Shown one piece after another: positions 37,036 through 44,608 of a stretch of DNA of 44,608 nucleotides. The stretch lies in NCBI GenBank assembly GCA_034666705.1, contig JAXDLH010000488.1:1-44608 (forward strand). The letters are read 5' to 3'. The stretch's first letter is position 1. Each line of letters starts with the position of its first letter. The position numbers and the translations under genes are program-made. This DNA comes from Chloroflexota bacterium. Its GTDB lineage: Bacteria > Chloroflexota > UBA6077 > SHYK01. The notes below the pieces were generated by a model. That model searched no databases and was not told the DNA's origin. It saw only the letters and a list, made by a program, of their open reading frames with translations.

Positions 37036-38757
37036 ATGACTGTGGCACGCGGTCGCAATCTATACCTGCTCGTGGCTCTGCTGCTCGGCGCCTGCGCGGC
37101 GCCCACATCGCCAGCGCGGCCTGCTGGCGGAGTGACGGAGGCGCCGAGCTCATCCGCTCCGCCTCAGACCCTCGTTTTCATCTCCCGCAACGAAGTGGAC
37201 AACATGGCCGCGCTCAGCGGTGTCGGGACCGGTACGGGCACGCTCCGGCGCTTCTTCAATGCCACCCTCACGGCATTTGACGACCGCGGTCTGCCGCAAC
37301 CATTCCTCGCCGAGGCGCTGCCCCAGCTCAATACCGAGAGCTGGAAGGTGCAGCCCGATGGCCGCATGGAGACGACCTACAGGCTGCGGCCGAACCTCAC
37401 CTGGCACGATGGCGTGGCGTTGACGGCCGATGATTTCGTGTTCGCCTACCGGGTCTACATGAACCCGGATCTGCAGAAGGGCAGTCCGAAGAACCCGCCC
37501 CAGAGCCTCATCGAGCAGCTCCGCGCTACCGATGACCGGACGCTCGTCATCGATTGGAGCCGTTCCTTCGCCGACGCGGGTGTGTTGGGGGAGGAGTTCC
37601 GCCCGTTGCCGCGCCACATCCTGGAGCCGGTGCTGCAGCAAGCAGATCCCTCGGCGTTCGACAACAATTCCTACTGGACGACAGCGTTCGTGGGCCTCGG
37701 CCCATTCCGCGTCGATCGCTGGGACCCAGGCGCTGTCATCGAGGGGGTCGCGTTCGACGGCTACGTATTTGGCCGACCGAAGCTCGACCGGGTGCGAGTG
37801 CTCTTTAACAGCGATCCGAACGCCGTCGTCGCAAATCTGCTCGCCGGCAGCGCGCACCTTGTGGCTGATACCACGCTCCGGTTCCAGTCGGCAGTCGTGC
37901 TCAAGCGGGAGTGGGAGGCGCGCGGCGGCGGCGGCACGGTGTACTTCACGCCGTTCCAGGTCCGGTATGCGCAGATCCAGCAGCGGCCCGATCTGGCGAA
38001 CCCACGCGCCGTACTCGACGTACGGGCCCGGAGGGCGCTCGCCTTTGCTACCGACCGCCAGGGGCTCGTCGATGGCCTGTTCGAGGGACAGGGAATCGTC
38101 GCCGATACGCTCGTCCCGCGGAATGCGGACCACTATGCGGCGGTCGATCAGGCAATTGCGAAATATCCATACGATCCGCGCCGCGCCGAGCAGTTGCTGA
38201 ATGAGCTTGGCTTCACCAGAGGCGCGGATGGATTCTTTGCCAGCCCAACCGATGGGCAGTTCACCCCCGAATGGCGGGCGACGGGCGGCGGCGATAGTGA
38301 GACGCAGCTAGCAATCCTCGTCGACGGTTTGCGACGCGCGGGCATCGACGCCCGCTCCTACATCTTTCCGCAGATTCAGGACGACGACCGTGAGGCGCGC
38401 GCCAGTTTCCCCGGCCTCTCGAATACCAGTACGACCGGCGTGCCGGAGCGCTGGTATCGGGGTCAGACCACCAGTGAGATCCCATCCGCTGCCAATTTCT
38501 GGAACGGCACGAACCGCGGGGGCTGGTCAAACGACGCGTACAGCCAGATCTACCGTACGTTCTCGAGCACCCTGGACCGGAGCGAGTTGAATCGACAGGT
38601 CGTTGAAATGACGCGCGTATTGAGCGAGCAAGTCGGAGTCATTCCGCTCTATTACAACCTGGACGTAGCCGCGCAGAGTGCCAGCTTGCAGGCGCCTCGT
38701 CTCGTGGCGCCGGATGCCTCGATCGGCTGGAACATCCAGGAGTGGCAGCTACGCTGA
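37036..38757 (+). CDS. ABC transporter family-5 substrate-binding lipoprotein
   Basis: Lipobox LGAC, PFLAEALP, LTWHDGVALTADDF, GLGPF, ends WNIQEWQLR like its two paralogs. Confidence 0.92.
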   Translation: MTVARGRNLYLLVALLLGACAAPTSPARPAGGVTEAPSSSAPPQTLVFISRNEVDNMAALSGVGTGTGTLRRFFNATLTAFDDRGLPQPFLAEALPQLNTESWKVQPDGRMETTYRLRPNLTWHDGVALTADDFVFAYRVYMNPDLQKGSPKNPPQSLIEQLRATDDRTLVIDWSRSFADAGVLGEEFRPLPRHILEPVLQQADPSAFDNNSYWTTAFVGLGPFRVDRWDPGAVIEGVAFDGYVFGRPKLDRVRVLFNSDPNAVVANLLAGSAHLVADTTLRFQSAVVLKREWEARGGGGTVYFTPFQVRYAQIQQRPDLANPRAVLDVRARRALAFATDRQGLVDGLFEGQGIVADTLVPRNADHYAAVDQAIAKYPYDPRRAEQLLNELGFTRGADGFFASPTDGQFTPEWRATGGGDSETQLAILVDGLRRAGIDARSYIFPQIQDDDREARASFPGLSNTSTTGVPERWYRGQTTSEIPSAANFWNGTNRGGWSNDAYSQIYRTFSSTLDRSELNRQVVEMTRVLSEQVGVIPLYYNLDVAAQSASLQAPRLVAPDASIGWNIQEWQLR

Positions 38758-38830
38758 TCCTTGAATCGCGACGTAAGGCGTGAGGTTTGCCGCTGACTTC
38801 GAATGCGCGAGCATCTCATCGTCTCTGTAG

Positions 38831-38856
38831 CGGCGACTCGAAATCGGCGACTCGAA
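38831..38856. repeat. 12-bp direct repeat CGGCGACTCGAA, two copies
   Basis: Exact copies at 38831-38842 and 38845-38856, directly abutting a -35 element. Confidence 0.8.
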
Positions 38857-38859
38857 TTC

Positions 38860-38888
38860 TTGACGCGAGACGCTTGTGGAAGTACGAT
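38860..38888 (+). promoter_or_regulatory. near-consensus sigma70 promoter driving an intergenic transcript
   Basis: TTGACG-17 nt-TACGAT with no long ORF downstream for about 470 nt. Confidence 0.72.
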
Positions 38889-38894
38889 CATAGT

Positions 38895-39192
38895 AGCCCT
38901 TGCGCAGGGAGCAACGACGAGGACACGACCGATGAGGAGATTTCCGATCATGCGGTACCGAGTCCTGCTCGGAGTCTGGCAGGTGGACAGATAGGGCCCC
39001 ATGGGGAATAGCCGTGGGGCCTCGTAGACCCGGGCGCACCCGTGAAGTCCGCTTCGAAGCGGTGGCGCGCAGCGCTGCCGGTAGCATCGATTGAGACCAG
39101 TCGGCGCAGGGTTTCCGTCCGGCTAACCAATACAAGCGCTGCACGAGCCAATCTGGCTCCAGAGGGCCTCCCCATAGTCGGGAGGCCCTCTG
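38895..39192 (+). ncRNA. candidate structured ncRNA, 6S/Ms1-like rod with central bubble
   Basis: Bounded by a promoter and a 13-bp terminal hairpin. Long-range pairings 38968-38985/39142-39164 and 39009-39029/39100-39125 flank an unpaired bubble; G-U pairs favour the + strand. Family not confirmed. Confidence 0.5.
39160..39192 (+). terminator. terminal hairpin of the intergenic transcript
   Basis: CAGAGGGCCTCCC-7 nt-GGGAGGCCCTCTG perfect 13-bp stem; no U-tract. Confidence 0.7.
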
Positions 39193-39359
39193 TCATGACC
39201 TAGAGGTGGGGGCAATTTTTCCAAGCCTCGCGCCCTCGTTATAATGGGCGGGCAAACTCCGTAGTCGACTCCTGTCGAGCGTCTTTGTCTTTCGGGGTTG
39301 CCCCACGATCACTCCACGCATCAGGGGAGTATCGCGACCTTCGCTGGAAAGGAGACGGA

Positions 39360-40586
39360 GTGCCCGACTCGCGCCGCTACGTCGTGATTGGCAACGGCAT
39401 CGCCGGGACCACCGCCGCCGAGACACTTCGGAAGAACGATCCAGACTGTACGATCACGCTCTTCACGGGTGAGCCATATCCGCTTTACAACCGCGTCGCC
39501 CTTCCGCCAGCGCTCAAACTGAAAACGCCAATTCCCAAGGTCTTCATGAAGACGGTCGAGTTCCATGCGGATCGCGACATCGCGTTCCATCCGGAAACTC
39601 GCGTCACCGCCGTGGATCTGGACCGCCGCGTTGTCACAACGAACCGCGGCCATGAGGTGGCCTACGATAGCCTCCTTGTGGCCACGGGCGGGAAGCCAAA
39701 CGAGCTGACGGTCCCCGGCAGTGATGCCGATGGGGTGTGCTACTTTCAAACGCTCGACGATACGAAGCGGCTGCTCGACGAGATCGCCGAGGCCCGCTCG
39801 GCCGTGTCAATTGGGGGCAGCTACATCGCCTACGAGCTGGCCGAGGCGTTCCACGAGCGCGGACTCCATGTAACCTGGCTGATCCGCGGGCCGCATTTCT
39901 TGCACCGGATTCTGGACGAGAATGGCGGGCTGCTCGTGGATACGATTGCTCGCAAGCACGGTGTGGAGATGATCTACGAGGACTCGGCCGACCACCTCGA
40001 GACGAAGGATGGCCGGGTTGCCGGTGTAGTTACCAAGGCTGGGCGTCGCGCCGAGGCGGACATGGTGGGTTGCGGCCTGGGTTTGCGGTTGAGTCACGAT
40101 TTTCTGCCACGCGAACGAGTACGGATCGAGTACGGCGTCATCACCAACGAATATCTCGAGACCAATGCCGAAGGCGTCTACGCGGCGGGGGACATCGCCG
40201 AGTTCTACGACGCCGACGTGAATACGCACTACACGATGGGCACCTGGGCCAGCGCGACGAACCACGGCAAGGCCGCAGCGTTCAACATGGCTGGCGACCG
40301 CCGCCAGGTGAACGACGTTCGAACCTATACGACGACGTTGTTCGACTCGCGTATGACCGTGATCGGCGCAACCCCTGAGATTCCGATTCAACTTGAGAGC
40401 GTCTCGCACGCAGACTTCAAGGCCCCCGAGCCGAAGTCGTGGGCATACAAGCGGTTGTTCTTCTTCGACAAGCGGTTGGTCGGCGCGGTACTCATCGGCG
40501 ATATGCGCAGCAAGGTCGAGCTGGTCAACGTCATCCGGTCCAAGAGGCAGGTCTGGGATGATCGCGCTGCGCTGCTAGACCTCTAA
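39360..40586 (+). CDS. NAD(P)/FAD-dependent oxidoreductase (ferredoxin/rubredoxin reductase-like, NirB N-terminal type)
   Basis: VIGNGIAG, PYPLYNRVAL, YDSLLVATGG, IGGSYIAYE, VYAAGDIAE, LVGAVLIGD; TATAAT at 39240-39245 upstream. Confidence 0.9.
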   Translation: MPDSRRYVVIGNGIAGTTAAETLRKNDPDCTITLFTGEPYPLYNRVALPPALKLKTPIPKVFMKTVEFHADRDIAFHPETRVTAVDLDRRVVTTNRGHEVAYDSLLVATGGKPNELTVPGSDADGVCYFQTLDDTKRLLDEIAEARSAVSIGGSYIAYELAEAFHERGLHVTWLIRGPHFLHRILDENGGLLVDTIARKHGVEMIYEDSADHLETKDGRVAGVVTKAGRRAEADMVGCGLGLRLSHDFLPRERVRIEYGVITNEYLETNAEGVYAAGDIAEFYDADVNTHYTMGTWASATNHGKAAAFNMAGDRRQVNDVRTYTTTLFDSRMTVIGATPEIPIQLESVSHADFKAPEPKSWAYKRLFFFDKRLVGAVLIGDMRSKVELVNVIRSKRQVWDDRAALLDL

Positions 40587-40621
40587 CGTTCAACCGCTCC
40601 ATCCAGCGATGAGGGATAGCG

Positions 40622-41395
40622 ATGAGCGAGCGCGAAGTACTTGTCGAACGCCAGGGTGCCATCGGCGTCGTGACCCTGAATCGCCCATCCGCGCTGAACG
40701 CGTTGAGCAATGCGCTCCTCGAGCAGCTCGTCGCGTTGCTCGAGGAGTTGGCAGGGGACGGGACGGTACGGGTTGCCGTCGTGACCGGCGGCCCAAGCGT
40801 GTTCGCTGCGGGCGCTGACCTGAAGCAGTTCGCCGCCTCAGACGCGGCCGCAACGCTCGGTTCCCCGCGCCCGGGGTTCTGGGATCGGCTGCGCAAGATC
40901 CCAATCCCCCTCGTGGCGGCGGTCAGTGGCTTCGCCCTCGGCGGCGGCTGCGAGCTCGCAATGGCGTGCGACTTAATTGTCGCTTCGGAGACGGCGCGGT
41001 TCGGCCAGCCCGAGATCAACGTTGGTCTCATCCCTGGTGCGGGCGGCACGCAGCGGCTGACGCGCGCCGTAGGCAAGGCGAAGGCGATGGAAATGGTGCT
41101 GACCGGTCGCGTGCTCACGGCCTACGACGCCGAACGGTACGGATTGGTCAATCGCGTGGTACCCGTTGAGGTGCTGGGCGAGGAGGCGTTGGCGCTGGCC
41201 AGAGAGATCGCGATGAAGCCGCCGTTGACTGCCCGACTCGCTAAAGAGGCGGTGCTCCAGGCGTTCGAGACCACCCTCGAGGCGGGGCTGGCCTACGAGC
41301 GCCGCGCGTTTGCGGTGCTCTTCGGGACGGAGGACGCGCACGAGGGGATGAACGCATTCCTGGAAAAGCGGGAGCCAACCTACCATGGCCGCTGA
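40622..41395 (+). CDS. paaF: enoyl-CoA hydratase, PaaF-like
   Basis: FAAGADL, ALGGGCEL, FGQPEIN, GAGGTQRL (both catalytic Glu present); first gene of a paaFGHJ-like run. Confidence 0.8.
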   Translation: MSEREVLVERQGAIGVVTLNRPSALNALSNALLEQLVALLEELAGDGTVRVAVVTGGPSVFAAGADLKQFAASDAAATLGSPRPGFWDRLRKIPIPLVAAVSGFALGGGCELAMACDLIVASETARFGQPEINVGLIPGAGGTQRLTRAVGKAKAMEMVLTGRVLTAYDAERYGLVNRVVPVEVLGEEALALAREIAMKPPLTARLAKEAVLQAFETTLEAGLAYERRAFAVLFGTEDAHEGMNAFLEKREPTYHGR

Positions 41396-42185
41396 CGAAC
41401 CACTGCTGCTCATCGAGCGTTCGAACCGGGTTGCGGTGCTCACGCTCAACCGCCCTGCCGTGCTGAATGCCTTTACCGACGCGTTGGTCGTGCAATTGAC
41501 CCAGGCGCTCCGCGACGCCGAGCGCGACGCCGACGTTGGCGCCGTCGTCATTACCGGCGCCGGTCGGGCTTTCTGCGCGGGCCAGGATCTCGGCGCGAGA
41601 CGCGAGATCTTCGCGCGCGGCGAGGTACCGCATCTTGGCGCGGGGCTGCGTGAACGGTACAAACCGATGATTCTGCGGATTCGCACGATGGAGAAGCCGG
41701 TGATCGCCGCGCTCAATGGGGTGGCGGCCGGTGCGGGGTGCGGCCTGGCGCTCGCCTGCGATCTGCGCACGGCGGCTCCATCCGCTTCGCTCGTGCTTTC
41801 GTTTGCCCGCGTGGGTCTTGCGCTCGACTCGGGCAGCTCGTTCTTCCTGCCGCGCATCGTGGGTCTCGGGCGGGCGTTGGAGCTCGCGTTCACCGGCGAT
41901 CCGGTTGATGCTGCCACGGCAGAGCGAATCGGGCTGGTGAACCGCGTGTATCCGCCAGAAGAGCTGATGCCCCGCACCATGGAGCTGGCCGAGAAGCTGG
42001 CCAATGGCGCCACCCGGGCCCTCGGGCTGATTAAGCGCGACATAAATCGCGCGCTTTCGATCGACGCGGAAGCGGCCCTCGAGTATGAGTCGTACCAGCA
42101 AGAAGTTGCAGGCCGCAGCGAGGACTATCACGAGGGAGTGATGGCGTTCCTCGAAAAGCGCACCCCGACGTATACCGGCAAATAG
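41385..42185 (+). CDS. paaG: crotonase-family isomerase, PaaG-like
   Basis: RAFCAGQDL, NGVAAGAG, GLALDSG (Asp in place of Glu, typical of PaaG); overlaps paaF. Confidence 0.78.
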   Translation: MAADEPLLLIERSNRVAVLTLNRPAVLNAFTDALVVQLTQALRDAERDADVGAVVITGAGRAFCAGQDLGARREIFARGEVPHLGAGLRERYKPMILRIRTMEKPVIAALNGVAAGAGCGLALACDLRTAAPSASLVLSFARVGLALDSGSSFFLPRIVGLGRALELAFTGDPVDAATAERIGLVNRVYPPEELMPRTMELAEKLANGATRALGLIKRDINRALSIDAEAALEYESYQQEVAGRSEDYHEGVMAFLEKRTPTYTGK

Positions 42186-42195
42186 GAGGCACAGA

Positions 42196-43033
<838 letters not shown>

Positions 43034-43041
<8 letters not shown>

Positions 43042-43828
43042 GCCCAGCGGCTCCCTGGGGGGCGAGCGGATCGTCGTGGTCGGGGACTCGCCTCTGGTAA
43101 CAGAGCTGGCGAAGGCGCTCGAGGGCGCAGGTGGCGAGGTCCGTCCATTCATCGTGCGGCACGCGGATCTGGCGGCACGGCCGGCGCGGCCCGTGGCGGG
43201 GCTTGGCGAAGCGTTGCGCGAGGCGACGCTGGGAATCGACATAACGACCGGTCCCGCAATTGAGAAGCGTGCGGTCGTGCGGCAGATCGACGAGATGCTT
43301 CCGGACCGAGCATACCTGCTGGCATTCGCATTGCCAGTCTCCGCAACCGAGATCGCGTCTTGGTGCAGGCAGCCGGAGCGGGTCTGTGGTTTTGGGTTTA
43401 TCCCGCCCTTTGGCGCGACCAAGCTCGTCGAGCTGGCGGGCGCCACGCAGACGGGCGATGCGGCACGCGAAGTCGCGGAGCGAGTGTTTGGCGCGCTCGA
43501 CCGCGAGACGGCGCGCGTGGGTGACGGTGTGGGGCTCGTGGCCGCCCGGGTGCTGACGTCGATCATCAACGAGGCAGCCTACGCATTGATGACCGGCATC
43601 GCGAGTGCTCAGGATATCGACGCGGCCGTCCGGCTCGGGGTGAATTACCCGCACGGCCCGCTCGAGTGGGCCGACCTGATCGGCATCGATCTGGTGTTCG
43701 CTATCATCAAGGGTATGCACGACGAAACGGGCGACGACCGTTATCGTCCAGCGCCGGTCCTCAGGCAGATGGTATTGGCGGGGCACACCGGGCGCATGGC
43801 CGGACGGGGGTTCTTTGACTACAGCTAA
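43034..43828 (+). CDS. 3-hydroxyacyl-CoA dehydrogenase family protein, degenerate (PaaH C-terminal-half-like)
   Basis: IINEAA..L..GIAS..DID.A.RLGVNYP.GPLEWAD; lacks GxGxxG and the catalytic His. Confidence 0.82.
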
Positions 43829-44608
43829 CAACGAATTACACGATGCGGTGATCGTAGCGGCGGTGCGCACGCCGGTCGGGAGGTATGCTGGCGCGTTGAA
43901 GGACGTGCGCGCCGACGACCTCGCCGCGCTCGTGATCAAGGAGATCGTGGAGCGCACCGGCATCGACCCTGAGTGCATTGACGACGTCATCTTCGGCTGC
44001 ACGAACCAGGCCGGTGAAGACAACCGCGACGTGGCGCGAATGGCGCTCCTGATCGCCGGGTTGCCGGAAACGATTCCTGGCCAGACGGTGAACCGTCTGT
44101 GCGCCTCGGGCTTGCAGGCGGTCAACACGGCGGCGACGAACGTCCGCGTTGGTGCTGGCGACGTCTACATCGCCGGTGGCGTCGAGAGCATGACGCGGGC
44201 GCCGTTCGTCATGCTCAAGCCAAGTGGCGCGTTTCCACGCGGCAAGGTGGAGATGGAGGACACGACGGTCGGTTGGCGCTTCGTGAACCCGCGGCTGGCG
44301 GAGCGCTACGATCCGATCAGCAACGGCGAGACCGCCGAGAACGTGGCGGAGCGTTACGAGATCGGCCGCGAGCGGCAGGACCAGTTCGCGCTCTCGAGCC
44401 ATCGCAAGGCCGTCGCGGCGATCCAGGAGGGGCGCTTCAAGGCCGAGATCGTCCCCGTGCTGGTCCCGCAGCCCAGGGGGGCGCCTCCAAAGGAGTTCGC
44501 AACCGACGAGCATCCGCGCGCCGACACGACGATGGAGGCGCTGGCGAAGCTGCCGGCGGCGTTCAGCAAGAACGGCTGCGTGACGGCCGGCAACGCCAGC
44601 GGCATCGT
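43815..44608 (+). CDS. acetyl-CoA C-acyltransferase (thiolase, PaaJ/PcaF-like), truncated by the window end
   Basis: DAVIVAAVRTPVGRYAG, GCTNQAGEDNRDVAR, TVNRLCASGLQA, AGGVESMTRAP, DEHPR, VTAGNASGI; TTG start overlapping the previous gene. Confidence 0.93.
   Translation, partial: MTTANNELHDAVIVAAVRTPVGRYAGALKDVRADDLAALVIKEIVERTGIDPECIDDVIFGCTNQAGEDNRDVARMALLIAGLPETIPGQTVNRLCASGLQAVNTAATNVRVGAGDVYIAGGVESMTRAPFVMLKPSGAFPRGKVEMEDTTVGWRFVNPRLAERYDPISNGETAENVAERYEIGRERQDQFALSSHRKAVAAIQEGRFKAEIVPVLVPQPRGAPPKEFATDEHPRADTTMEALAKLPAAFSKNGCVTAGNASGI

Noticed and set aside
38895-39192. tmRNA, RNase P, SRP, raiA or a known riboswitch as the identity of the intergenic RNA
   Set aside because: Hallmark motifs were not found by eye on either strand: no tRNA-like ends, no GAGGAAAGUCC, no SRP helix-8 GGAA/AGCAG, no TPP, cobalamin or SAM cores.

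Overview
GC-rich, gene-dense bacterial chromosome segment. The gene set (RNase Y, dimeric GlyRS, lipoprotein family-5 solute-binding proteins, a TOPRIM insertion in DnaG) suggests a monoderm, most plausibly Chloroflexota; this is inference. Bases 1-28.4 kb are mostly core and signalling genes: a GAF sensor kinase with an OmpR-type regulator, a GNAT-like protein, XerD-like recombinase, M6-like metalloprotease, rny, a PdtaS/PdtaR-type ANTAR two-component system, MFS transporter, mpg, gamma-CA family protein, Ser/Thr kinase, dnaG, ppdK, glyQS, a GreA C-terminal-only gene, lysS and serS. Bases 28.4-38.8 kb form an accessory catabolic cluster: three orphan SBP paralogs (one frameshifted), a VOC-Rieske-VOC fusion, two amidohydrolases (one with a degenerate active site) and a NahE-like hydratase-aldolase. 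An FAD oxidoreductase and a paaF-paaG-split paaH-thiolase run follow and extend off the right edge. The most notable unannotated element is a self-contained ~300-nt structured transcript at ~38895-39192. It has a near-consensus promoter, upstream direct repeats, a rod-with-central-bubble fold, an alternative fold and a terminal hairpin, and is a candidate 6S/Ms1-like RNA. No CRISPR array, tRNA, rRNA or transposase was recognised. All folds and family calls were made by eye.
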